From NCBI RefSeq assembly GCF_006345805.1, contig NC_043014.1, positions 51,522,001 to 51,586,000 of the forward strand: DNA of 64,000 nucleotides. Direction: 5' to 3'. The translations under genes were made by a program, and so were the position numbers. Every line of letters starts with the position of its first letter. The first letter of the stretch is position 1. The notes beneath the pieces are model-generated. The model did no database searches. It was given only the letters and a program-made list of their open reading frames with translations, and was not told where the DNA came from. Source of the stretch: Octopus sinensis (taxonomy: Eukaryota). Positions 26,335 through 39,699 of the stretch are shown piece after piece.

Positions 26335-27689
26335 TATGTTTCGACCAATGATTGGTCCAGGCCATAAGTACCTCCCGTCGATTCGATATGACGGTTGTCC
26401 GGTTAATGAAACGCCATGGCGTTTACACATTGAAAGGAATAATTGTGTTCATCATGAAGCTGTATCAGCGTATGTTATGTTCAAAACATTTTACACTTAC
26501 ACTTCTTAACAATCACTCACTTTACTACTCTCACTGCATCTCTATCTTTCTGCTTCTCTATATTCACTTTGCGTATGTTTAGTTATCTGTTTCCTCCCTA
26601 ACTTATTTACTTAAATAATATATCGTTGTTAAAAGGGTTAACTCTCATGATAACAAGACACAGCTATTAAATATCCTTTCATATCTCCCCGTTTATTCAA
26701 TCCATCGCTCAAGTTTATCGATCCGCTATATTTATCTGCACATGCATGACATTGATATTTATCGTGCATCCATTTGAAATATTTGTAGGAAACCCATGTA
26801 ATTGTTTAATGAATATCCTGTTCAACTCAATAAACGGAGTCACCAACATAGCGTGAAAGAAGGATTTCTAAACATGCTCCTACGCCTATAAATTCCATTA
26901 AAAAAAAACCCAAACACTTAAACGACAAAACCATTTTTCTGCATACAAATTTTATGAATTTATTAGGTTTATAAATTCTATAAAATCTGCGATGCAATAT
27001 GCATATTCTTAGTTCCGCTTTAAAAATATTATTAGTATATGAGGTAATAATGCTATACATGCATCTCTCCTGCTTTTCGCCAGTTTTTGCTAAACCGGAC
27101 ACGCTCCAGTTTTAGGGGTATATCGAAAAGGATATTAAAGTGAAAAGCGGCAGTAAATTATTAAGATATACTTTTAAAATATTTATGAATTTCTTATGAA
27201 ATATTCATGCTTTTATTCCCTAGTGATATGGTGAGGGAATTCCCAAACAATATCTCAAGCATTCTGAGACTTCGTAGATCAATAATTTTATGTTCTGCAT
27301 CCATATCTAAAATTCATTCAATGTTGGTAAGAATCCGTAACTTCCATTGAAATGTCAGTTCAGTAGCAATGCTGCAAGAAGGCTCAAAATTCTATGTCGG
27401 AATGGCTTGAGTAAATGTGCTTTGCTTTCAAATAGTTCACAATAAAGGAGTGAGAGTCTACGGTGGCGAAAACTGTGACAGTTAAACATAACATTTACAT
27501 CCTTTCCGCTTAGGTTGGCCGGAATTTGTAGAGGGTTCTTCAGTGGGTCACGGCGTGGTGAGTGGGACGATATTGCATTGGATTTTCACATTGCTGATTT
27601 TGAGAATGTCTGCAAGGACTGTCAGATATTGTAGCAGAATGCGTGTGCTGTCCTATCATAATTTTTGGATGTATAAAGAATTTTGCTTG

Positions 27690-28205
27690 TCAGTCACACC
27701 GTCCCGGGCTCGGTGCCCTTTCGTGGCACCTTGGGTAGTGTCTTCTAGTTTGGTCTCTAGCCTACCAAAGACTTGTGAAGAGATTTCGTAGACGGAGTAC
27801 CCTGTCGTGTGTGTTAGTGTATGCTGTGTGTGTATATATATATTTTTGTGTATGCGCCTGTGTGGTGGTGGAGAGTGTACCTGTGTTTGTATCCCACTAC
27901 TACTTGACAACTGTTGTTGGTATGTTTAAAGCTGCGAGCTGGCAGAAACGTTAGCACGTCGGGCGAAATGCGTAGCCGTATTTCGTCTGTCATTACGTTG
28001 TGAGTTCAAATTCCGCCGAGGTCAACTTTGCCTTTCATCCTTTCGGGGTCGATAAATTAAGTACCAGTTACGCACTGGGGTCGATGTAATCGACTTAATG
28101 CCTATGTCTGTCCTGGTTTGTCGCCTCTATGTTTAGCCCCTTGTGGGTAATAAAGAAATAGGTATGTTTACGTCCGTGTAAGTTACCAATTCTGTAAAAG
28201 AACCT
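27690..28205 (+). mobile_element. Degenerate SINE family A interrupted by a family B insertion
   Basis: CGTGGCACCTTGGG..TCTTCT and CTTGACAAC..GGTATGTTTA before the insert; continues CGTCC..GTAA after it. Confidence 0.75.
27929..28160 (+). mobile_element. SINE family B (~230 bp) with 10-bp TSD
   Basis: Head GCGAGCTGGCAGAAACGTTAGC, B-box-like GAGTTCAAATTCC, central GCCTTTCATCCTTTCGGGGTCGATAAA; TSD GGTATGTTTA at 27919-27928 and 28161-28170. Confidence 0.92.
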
Positions 28206-28821
28206 AATGAATCAATTTCCACTGCCCCTACATGTCCGCACCCAAATTTAGTGAAAAAGTAAAATATAATGTGTATATATGTGCCTGTTACTGTTATAGT
28301 TTTAATGTCCATATCTCCATACTTCCAGAGCTGGATGGAGTTTACTAAAGTGGATTTTCAGTGGCCACATACACGTCCTCCTCGTCCCCAGCCCTCATTT
28401 GATACCAGCCACGGTACTTTTGTTTCCGATGACCAACAGACATCTTTCTTCAGAATATTGAAAATGGAAAAAATACTGCATATATGACCGTAACAAGCTT
28501 TTGGTTTTCAGATGTATCAAGCAAAATGAGGACAAGAATATGTAACAAGCAAAGAAATGCATTGCGCCTGCTTTACTTTTCCTTTTCTAAATGCTCATTA
28601 AACGCTCTGGTCAGTCCGGGACGGCAGCAAAAGTCCCCAGCGCAAGGTTTCATGCAGTGGGGGTAGAACCTTAAACAATGTGATTAAGAAACAATTCTCT
28701 CAGTCACGCGGCACCTACAGACAAACACGCGCACACATACCACAAGCCTGTCCTCCATGTATATATATATATATTTATATTTAGACACTCACACGCATAT
28801 ATATGTATGTATATATACATG

Positions 28822-28977
28822 TTTTTCTCTCCTTGTTTCTTTCTGTGTCCCTTTCTGTGACAGAGCGTAGGCTCGAAACATAAAAGAATTTTTCTATTCC
28901 TTAGCGTTATACTAATACATCTGTTTGTTTTGTACACCACCTGTCTACGTCTTATGTTTTTTTTTTTCGTAAAATCT

Positions 28978-28980
<3 letters not shown>
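28822..28980 (+). mobile_element. Short repeat family D
   Basis: Colinear with 22050-22226; abuts (TA)n. Confidence 0.82.
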
Positions 28981-29031
<51 letters not shown>

Positions 29032-29135
29032 GTTTAAATAATGAGGGAGATAAATTTAGTATTAATTTAATTAATATCAATTTAAAACCAGTAGCCTAGC
29101 ATACAAAGATCTGAAAAATCAGAGAAAATTCTAAT

Positions 29136-29251
29136 ACATGTGTATATTTAAAGGGGAAGACCACTAGGTAGTCGGACGTATGCTAGAAACAGATCTATTT
29201 CTAGCATACGGCCGACTACCTAGTGGTCTTGCCCTTTGAATATACACATGT
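29136..29251. repeat. 116-bp near-perfect palindrome
   Basis: 58-bp arms centred on AGATCT (29191-29196); 3 mismatches plus 1 G-T pair. Confidence 0.95.
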
Positions 29252-29277
29252 GTATATATATATATATGTGTGTGTGT

Positions 29278-29355
29278 GATGATTAAACATATATACATAT
29301 GTGTGTCTGTGTGTGATGATTAAACATATATATATATGTGTGTGTTTGATGATTA

Positions 29356-29401
<46 letters not shown>

Positions 29402-29477
29402 ATGATTAAACATATATATATGTGTGTGTGTGTGATGATTAAACATATATATATATATGTGTGTGTGTGATGATTAA

Positions 29478-29517
<40 letters not shown>

Positions 29518-29760
29518 GTGTGTGTGTGTGATGATTAAACATATGTATATATATATATATGTGTGTGTGTGTGATGATTAAACATATGTATATATATATA
29601 TATATATGTGTGTGTGTGATGATTAAACATATGTATATATATATATATGTGTGTGTGTGTGATGATTAAACATATGTATATATATATATATATGTATGTG
29701 TGTGTGATGATTAAACATATGTATATATATATATGTATGTGTGTGTGATGATTAAACATA

Positions 29761-29811
<51 letters not shown>

Positions 29812-29822
29812 CTGATGATTAA

Positions 29823-29871
<49 letters not shown>

Positions 29872-29883
29872 ATGATTAAACAT
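29278..29883. repeat. Minisatellite: 14 x GATGATTAAACAT separated by variable (TA)n(TG)n
   Basis: 14 copies of the 13-mer counted directly. Confidence 0.93.
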
Positions 29884-30789
29884 ATAAAGTATATATATAT
29901 TATTGGGCAATGGTGTCGAGCATTAACTACAATTTAGAAGAGAAAAAAAGCAGCAACAAATCGTGAAAGACAATTCCATCGCAAATTGCTCCCAATTAAT
30001 TTAATTATGAATTACATAGTACCACATTTGTAAAGACATCCAGAAAATATTGATATTAGTTACATTAAACATTGTTATGCCATTAATTGTAGAGCATTTG
30101 TTAACACCATTGTAGTTAGCTCATCGATGTACGAAGTCTAAAAGAGGATCTGACGCAGCCATTTTGTTCCTGACTCACTGGCATCGCTAATTCGACGCTG
30201 ACATGTTTGACATGAAACTTTATGTATCCGTGAAAATTTAGTACCGTGAAAATATTTATCATAGTCTCTAACTTTATTTTTCCCATTCTTTCCCTCTCTA
30301 TCTTTTTCTTCTTTCTCTCTCGTTCTCTCTCTCCCTCGTTCTCTCTCTCTCTCTCTCTCTCTGTGAACCTATTTCTTTTCGTGCCTTCGAAGAGAGCGAC
30401 CGCGTTGATGTCAATCGGCATAACAAATGAATTGTAATTTCTCTTTCCGTTTCTAACTTTCATTCTTTCTCTTTCTTTCTCTCTCCTTCTACGCATCTAT
30501 CTCTATTTCTCATGCAAGCATGCACGTGTGTGTTTACTTCAACTGCCAAAAATTCCTTCGCCAAAATAGTTTCAATGCCGAACATTTAACCGTGCCAAAA
30601 CGCCTGCATCCAAGTAACTGCGTTGAATTCTCTCGCTCCTATCCAAGAACATGTACCTAATTTATTTGCTACGTAAATTCTTGATATATTTATCAAACCA
30701 CTCTTACTGAACATGTCAAAGGAACTTTTAAAATATTGAAACAATGTCAATTTTTATCATTCCCTGTTTATATGGAAGTATTTTATGAA

Positions 30790-30864
30790 TTTTTTTCTTT
30801 TTCTTTTTTTTTTTCAGGTAAGTCCAATTGTTTTACTCAGGTGTTACTGCAAGCCTCTGTGAGT
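30790..30864 (+). other. Candidate recursive splice site (AG|GTAAGT) with downstream RS-exon donor
   Basis: Pyrimidine tract 30790-30815, AG 30816-30817, GTAAGT 30818-30823, second donor GTGAGT 30859-30864. Confidence 0.65.
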
Positions 30865-31008
30865 CTGTTTACATTTCTTTTTTAATTTCTATTTACTTTT
30901 TGTTTTTTATCAGTTGCTTTCACTGTTTCTTAAATTTATTGCAGCATGTTACCACATTTGTGAATTGAAATCAAATATTTTATTTAATACGCTATACATA
31001 CATACATT

Positions 31009-31053
<45 letters not shown>

Positions 31054-32011
31054 GCAGAATTTTTTTCCTGAGAGTTGCCAAAAACTTCCTGTCTGCCTCC
31101 ATTTATTCCCGTATTGAATGTTTTGGTTAATGGTCATCTCAGGTTATCTTTATTATATTTCAATTAGTTTGGTAGTATCGTTTTCTTTTAGGGTCCAAGT
31201 TTTTAATCCAAATTCACAAAAACACACCTGGTGCAGGTGTATGTATATGTTAGTTGACATTTCGATGCATGATCATTTTTAAAAATGTTATGAATACATA
31301 TTGTAGAGTTTCTAAGAATATGCCAAGTTTAAGTTCCAATCTAAACTATTCCAGAACTTCTATTGACAATTTTTCTACAGCACAAAGTGGTAACACGAAA
31401 CCAAATTAAAAACCTCAGCACTATCCATTTATTTGTCTATCTACATTTATGTATATGTGCACATACACGCATATACACACCTATATATTCTTCCCATGTG
31501 TGCACAAACATTACTGCATTCATATATGCACCTGTGTGTCTGTGACAGAAAGTATGTATTCCAGATACATTTACAAAAAAATATTTCTTAACTTTATTTT
31601 CTTTTAATTTCAAGAAATTTCAAAATTTGTACAATGGAAGACTTTCCATAACTTGGAATTGATTGAGACGAAATCAGCAATAGAAATTAGAAACTAAATC
31701 GATATTTAATAAATAAAGAAGAAATATCTGAAATTCGAATTCAGATCAATAAAGATGAATATCTAAAATTTCATAATTTTTGTTAGATTTTCCTGGTTTC
31801 TTTTTGCTGTTATTTTGAACCAACTTTTAGTTTATAAAATATTTCTAGTGTTATTGATTTGAAATTTAACACTGGAAATATTGGAAAACAAAAGAAAATG
31901 GATTCGAAAACAACATTTTGTTTACCGGTATACACATATACATAGAGAGATGGTAATAAATACCGATACACACACATAAATACAGATAAACATTGGTGTG
32001 AAGTGTGTATG

Positions 32012-32080
<69 letters not shown>

Positions 32081-32410
32081 GTGTGCGTGGGTAGGAGATT
32101 TATATGATGTCGTAAGAATTTAGAAATTGAGAGAACATGAAAGAAATCCTTTTTAGAACGGTGAATCGGGAAGCAGATGAAGCTATAAAAATTTACGTGT
32201 AAAGATACTTTGTTGCTCACATTTATATGATCTAGTATCTCCAGATTGGAGAACCAATCAAAACTTATATTTCAATAGAAAATATGATTAATAAAATATG
32301 GATATTTTTCATTAATTAAATTCATCCTTGCTCAACATTTCATTAGTGAAATATTTTAAAGTCTGAAATGTTTCCTTTGATGTAATCAGAAGTCCTTGAA
32401 ATACAGAACT

Positions 32411-32457
<47 letters not shown>

Positions 32458-35400
32458 CAAATTGTCACTTATAGTGCTGACATGAACCTGAAAGTTATTG
32501 CAATGTAGGAAATGGTCACTCATGCCTAATTGTAGTGTTAATTAGTAGATTTCAGTTTCCGTAAATTTATCTGTTTTAGCCATCGTTAATTAAATCCGTT
32601 GGTGTAGTTTGAAAATTCACCATTGCAAATAGGTCTCAACATGCATCACATTGTCAGTAATATACTGCGAAATCCTTTTATTAAAAGCTTTCAACAAATG
32701 TTAAAATTTAGTTAATTCTCTTTTTGTTCTTAATACCGAATTATTACAACATAAGCATCAACGTCAAATGTGTTTTTCTAATGCTTTCATTTTACTTTTG
32801 TTTCATTTTTCTTATGCTTTCATTTTGCTTTGGTGGAGACACGCTGGTTTGTGGAATTGAACATGCTAACTTGTTAATTAAAGTTTTCTTAAAGTTATTC
32901 CTCTTCTCCTTTACGTTTACAAGTTTTCTTCAACCCCACAGTTTGAATCGGTTGGCCATAGTGATCACTGCCACATTTATAAATTAAATATGTATCTCAT
33001 AGTGTGTAAGCTATAGATATCACAATGAAGAAATTTTCTCTGCTGATTCAAATGACGCTGTTCTCTACACTCATTAACAGGGAACCTACTGTGTGTAATT
33101 GCGGCAGAGAAGAGCAGAACAAATATTAGACACCTTAATTTGTCAAGTAAATATGTTTAGCGTAAGGGACAACTTGAATCTGTCAACCTGTGATTAATGA
33201 CTTTCCACCTTTTCTATCTTCTCTGTCGGTTCTCATTTCTATATTAATGAATCTAGAACACCGTTATCGAGTTTTCTTTTCCATAGTGTTCAATTAAAAG
33301 AGTATGTAGCTGCTAATCTTAGCAGGTCAAGAAATCACTTATCTTTCATTAAATGTTAACTAAAGACGCATTTTATCGGAAGTAACGTTTCTTATGCTGG
33401 TAACCGAACAACTCAAAGATTCCATTTAAGCGTAGATGATTCTAAAATAATCGCTAGTATATATACACTTGAATTGACAACAGCAAAAAAAAAAAATGTC
33501 TATGAAATATAACACAATCACTATAATCTAAGAACTAAACATATTATTTTGATTTTTTTTTTAACAAAGAAGCTACATTGTCAACTTTAGATTTGCTGAA
33601 GGCTATCTTACGCTACATTGTTCAAAACACATTTGGAATTATTTAAGTTTTCTCGATTTAGTTACAAACCAGCTATTATAGAGTTAAATGTTTATTTCTC
33701 TTACCCAATGCGATTCTCGGTCGAGCTTTGAACTATGATCGAAAATATTTCTCTTAAGATCATCCTATCACTTTAAGAGTATCTTTCAATACATCATCGG
33801 ACGTATTCTCTCATTTTTGTTTCCTGCACAAGTTTTGAAGCTATTTTCTTGTTATTTCTAGCAGGCCATGTGTCCTACATATTGTTTATAATAACAGATC
33901 CAACTGTTGTTGTTGTTGTTCCTGTCGATCTTGTTATTATCCTCTTAATCATCTTAATTTTTATGATATTTTCGAAGGCTTCTTACATTTAATGTATTGC
34001 TTTAGGGAACGTTGTGTTTCTGCTGTTGTTGTTGTTACTATTACAAATTCGCTATTGCCTTTGTTGATCGTTTAATTTTCTTTGGCATTTCACCTTAACA
34101 GATATGCTTTTGAGAAGATTCCACCATTGTAGCCACCAAAACTACATACAATCTTATAGAGATCGCTACGCTTTCAACATCAAAGAACAGCACAAACTCT
34201 TAGACCTTATTTGCTCATAACAACACAAATATTTCCGTAAAGAAAGTAATATACATGAACTACGCAATCGCGATCACGCACAAGCAATATAATACCAATA
34301 AAATTGCAATATAATAACATACTTTCTTCCATGCATGCATAGCATTATATTTAAAAACATGAGAATATAAACGACAAACATAAAATTATTAACTACATTA
34401 AAGGCAGCAAGCTGCAAACATCTGTATACGCCTACACGTATATATAAATATCTGCCAACATATAAATACACTCATGCATTTGTGTATATTTATATATATA
34501 TATATATATATATATAATTATGTATATGTTAATATATTTATATATGTGTTATGAATTTATAATGATAAGTTTTAGAAGTGGAAATTTCCTCTGGGGATTG
34601 TAATTATTGTAAACTGTAAATATTGTTTCGTATTATAAAATTGAGCAATTTTCGGGATAATGATAGTTGTTTCAGGCGGCAGTATAACGAAGAGGTAACA
34701 TTCCAGTTATCTGGTTGAGTATCAAAGTAACATAGTAATTTTGTGGTTGAAAGGAACGACATTTTAGCGATATACTTCCTGTAAATAAAATAAAATAAAA
34801 TAAAATAAAATTATAACAGTAAAACAATCGCAAGTATCACAGTTAACGTAAAACAGAAGAATTACTAATTTAATCTTCTTTAAAACATGAGAGTTTTAAC
34901 CAAAATCTAGGACTGTTCTTTATACTGAGCGATACACTATTATTATAGAATTATTATTCTGCTCCTCACATTTATTTAATGATAATATCTTTATGCTAGA
35001 AGAACAAAAATAATGTTAGTCATTCTATAAAGTTTATGAAATTTAAAATTACAAATTCTCTCATAGCGGAGCGGAAGGAGACGATACAAAAAACAAAAAG
35101 AAAAAACGAAACGAAACAGAATAAATATTATCAAATATAAGATTATGAAAATTTGAATATTTTAAGAGAAATCAAACACACAAACTCAAATTAAAAAGGA
35201 AAATAAATACTTATAAGTAACGCAAAAATTGAAGAATAATTTACATAAAGAAGAAAATATGGCTTTCGCTCAGGAAGGACGAAACAAACAGTGACAAAGC
35301 TAATAGAACTAGCCATAACAGCAAAGAGATTAAATATTAATATTTGTATATTTATCTAGTTAGCTCGTTACTAAAATAGTTTCTTGTTATATCTCTTGTT

Positions 35401-35656
35401 TATTTCTGTTGTGTCACGCTCCAGTGCATCTAATGTCGTTTACGGCGTTAAAATTCACGTCTCGTTCATTTAAAGAAGAAAAAAATTATGAGACTGAGAA
35501 AAACAAAAATAAAATGAAATAAAATGAATATAAAATTCATATTTGAAAAATTACCATACAAGAAACAATTCCTATCAATATTTCAGTTTGGTTTTATATT
35601 AAATTGATAACAATGTTCAAAATATAATCTGAAACAAAATAATAATAATAGAGGTA

Positions 35657-35862
35657 ATATGTATATACATATACATACATGCGAATGTATGTGCATATGC
35701 ATGTATGTTTATATATTATATATATATAGCTATATAAATATACACACACTATATATATATATATATACCTTTACATATATACAGATATTATATATATATG
35801 TTTATATATATGTATATATATATATACATAATATATCTTTACATATATACAGATATTATATA

Positions 35863-35958
<96 letters not shown>

Positions 35959-35964
35959 ATATAC

Positions 35965-35999
<35 letters not shown>

Positions 36000-36161
36000 A
36001 TATACCTATACATATATATAGATATAATATATATATATAATATATACATTTATATATATATATATATAAATATACATACATACATGTATAATAATATATA
36101 TAAACATACACACACATGTATGTATGTATATATTTATATATACACACACATACACACACAT
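35657..36161. repeat. TA-rich microsatellite
   Basis: Direct reading. Confidence 0.95.
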
Positions 36162-37575
36162 TTAAGGACAAGTATTGTTTAAAGAAATTTCAATTTCATC
36201 TAATTCAGAAACAATTGTGGTAACAACAACTACATTAATAATATTATGAGCAGCAATGACATCTTCACCCAATGATAAAGAACTGGAAATTTAAATGAAT
36301 GACTAAATAAGATAAATACAGGGAAAAAGAAATAATTATTATAAAAACAAAAAATAAATACACTAAAAATATCAAAATCAACAAAACAACAACTACAACA
36401 ACATCAAGAATACTGATACTCCTCCTCCTCCTACTACTAATATTAACAGAATTAATCCAAACTTTAATATGCCTTCATTAATTTTAAGTGAGGTTAGAAA
36501 AACATGAATATTATTGGTAACTTGAGATTGGATATTTAATTGCAATTCTAGAAAATACTCATCACGCATCATTGTGAAGGCAATGAGCTGGTAGCATTAC
36601 TAGTGCGTCGGACAAAATGGTTTCGACATCTAACGGTCAAATGCCACATATGATACAACCTTTAGTTAAATTCCGTATCTCTACGACGTAAATAAGCGTG
36701 AATATTTCACTTATATGCATACGTTAAATGAGAGGCGATATAAAAAAAAAATTAGTTCAATTAAAAGTAATACATTTTTCACTATGCACTCACCTCCTCC
36801 ACTACTGACACCTCCAACACCCCCATCTCCACCACCATCATCTCTCTTTTTCCTCTCTCTCTCTTCTCTCCTACTCCTGTCTCTCTCCGCCCTTCTTTTA
36901 GCTCACCATCAGAACATCATTCTTCTGCTAAAATTATATCTGTAACTCTCCTCTCTATCATCACTACGTTCAACTAACTTCTTTAACCGCGAAATAAATA
37001 TTCTGTTCCCCTTACCACACACAACAGATGCTTCTCTAACCCTCTTTTTCACTCTCCCTTTTTATATCCCCCCGTCTTTTTCTTTCTCTTTCTGTCTCAG
37101 TCTTCACCTTATCCATTTTCTCTCTCTTTTTTCTTTCTCCTCTCTTTCCCTTCAACTAATAACGTGAAAGTTTTACAATTATATTCTCACTATTTCACGT
37201 TTCTCCATTTCCCTATCCTTCTTTTTCATGTTCCTCCCTTGCTATCTCTCTCTTTACTCTCCCTGTCTTGTCGTTAATCAGATGAAAGCGTTACTGACGG
37301 GCTAAGTAACGTAATAACAAGCAGAATTATTATAAGATTGCAATTACTGTTGATGCATTTAAATGGTAGTGTCATTGGAACTTCAGACAAAAGGTTTCGT
37401 GTTATTTCTTCCGTTAGCTCAAATGTTGTAGCCGTCGAGTTTGAGTTTCATACTTCCGGGGTCAATAACAAATGTACTAGACAAGTACCGGCGTCAATCT
37501 AGGCCCCTTCTCTCCAAACAACTTGTTGCTTTGGCCCCTTCTCTCCAAAGTATTAGACATTCTTAATAGTATTAT

Positions 37576-38160
37576 CTATTTCTTTACTACCCACAAGAGG
37601 CTAAACACAGGGGGAACAAACAAGGACAGACAAACGGATTAAGTCGATTACGTCGACTCCAGTGCGTAACTGGTGCTCATTTAATCGGCCCCGAAAGGAT
37701 GAAAAGCAAAGTCGACCTCGGCAGAATTTGAACTCAGAACGTAACTTCAGACGAAATACCTATTTCTTTACTACTCACAAAGGGCTAAACACAGAAGGGA
37801 CAAACAAGGACAGACAAACGGATCATGTCGATTATATCGACCCCAGTGCGTAACTGGTACTTATTTAATCGACCCAGAAAAGATGAAAGGCAAAGTCGAC
37901 CTCGGCGGAATTTGAACTCAGAACGAAACGGCAGACGAAATACCTATTTCTTTACTACCCTCAAGGGGCTAAACATAGAGGGGACAAACAAGTTGAGAAA
38001 AACGGATTAAGTCGATTATATCGACCCCAGTGCGTAACTGGTACTTATTTAATCGACCCCGAAAGGATGAAAGGCAAAGTCGACCTCGGCGGAATTCGAA
38101 CTCAGAACGCAACGGCAGACGAAATACGGCTACGCATTTCGCCCGGCGTGCTAACTTTTC
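37576..38160 (-). mobile_element. Head-to-tail trimer of SINE family B
   Basis: Units 37576-37759 and 37760-37943 (184 bp each) and 37944-38160 (includes most of the head). Confidence 0.92.
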
Positions 38161-38879
38161 TATCTTTATTTTAACACAGTTTGTGATGTTATGTAGAATT
38201 GACGCAACAGAAATCTAGGTGAGACGATAGAATGAAAATAACTGATTAGACAAATATTTTTTCGTAAAATAGCAAATTATGTGACAGCTAAATGTCTACC
38301 AAGTTAATTAATGTGCAGTAGATGTAAACAGAACTTTTTTTTTTTTTTGCAGAAAAATTAAGAACGATAGAACTATAAACATTTACCATCTGTAATGGTC
38401 GAACAATAAATTTAAAATGTACAGATCGTCATCAAAAAAGCGAAAGAGGAAGAGAGACTAGAAATAATTACCTGCGTTAGACATTAGTAAATAATGTCTT
38501 CCTACGTATTTCTCTGCAACGTGATTTTAATACACACACACAAACACACACATGCACACACAGGCACATATATATATATTGGTTGCAAGTTTTCTCTACT
38601 TTTTCATATTTATCCAATAGTGTACAATTAGCTCTTCTAATTTCAGCTTATGAAATTTCATTGTTATTTTTTGCCAAAGCCGCTCCTGTTGAAAAAAGAG
38701 GACGGCTGGCGAAATGAGTCATCCCCTACTACCGACAGAGATGTCGGGATTTGATCATTTATTACACGACATCCTGACATCAAAAATCCTAATTCACTTT
38801 AGTATGAAATGGCTATGGTATGTAACAAGTACAGATCCGCCCTGATTTCCACACCATTGATTGTAGTGGTCTCAGCAGG

Positions 38880-39045
38880 TACATAGGGAAAGAGGGCATA
38901 CGAAGAAGAAATAATTGAGAGCAGTGAAAGAAAATTTTCCGTGTGTGATAACAAGAGCAGATTGGAGCTTGGGGCCTGGCAGTTGAGGGCGATGATAGAA
39001 AGATCAAAGGGGGGGGGAAGATTTATATAGATGACATGAGAACAG
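38880..39045 (+). mobile_element. Possible highly decayed RTE-type LINE 3' fragment
   Basis: Frameshifted resemblance to the RTE C-terminus pattern (HV.R..LE....EG.IE..RGRG...IDD). Confidence 0.3.
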
Positions 39046-39313
39046 GTACCGAGAATGCTGAAATGGATTCATATTAGAGTCTGCTAAAATGAATCAATAG
39101 GTCCACATATAACATCCCAAGGTACATCTTTTTCCTTTCTCTGACGAAATTATGCTCATGTCATATAAATGCAAATTTAATGGACAAATTTGTAATTAAG
39201 TTATTCAGTATTAACTGAAACGGCTGTAAGGAGCTTAGATGACCGTTTTGTTAATAATAAACAATTCTTAACTTCCTTATCGCCAATTTCTTTTCTAATT
39301 ATATGAATGTATG

Positions 39314-39513
39314 TATCGGTAAATGTAATATGTGACAATTATTCGGTGGCCATGATAGAACTCCGAGTTTCGGATGCCGAGGTGGAAAACCACGCCGCCA
39401 CCTCTTCAGTTATTCGGCCATTAGAAGATGCTATAAAAAATAACCGTTATACCTCGAAACTCGGAGTTTTATCTTGGCTACCGAATAGTTGTCACATATT
39501 ACATTTACAGATA
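39314..39513. mobile_element. Fold-back element with 59-bp inverted arms
   Basis: Arms 39314-39372 and 39455-39513, 5 mismatches, 82-bp spacer. Confidence 0.85.
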
Positions 39514-39622
39514 AATCTCTCTATTTACATAATATCGAGGTCTCTTTCTTTCTTTTGTCGTCTTACCATTTTTATCAGTATATATATATATATATAAATA
39601 CACACACACACACACACACACA

Positions 39623-39699
<77 letters not shown>

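Noticed and set aside
29278-29883. CRISPR-like repeat/spacer appearance
   Set aside because: Repeat is only 13 bp, spacers are microsatellite, context is eukaryotic, no cas genes.
30544-30600. Spaced GCCAAAA repeats
   Set aside because: Possibly decayed subterminal repeats of a DNA transposon, but too short to support.
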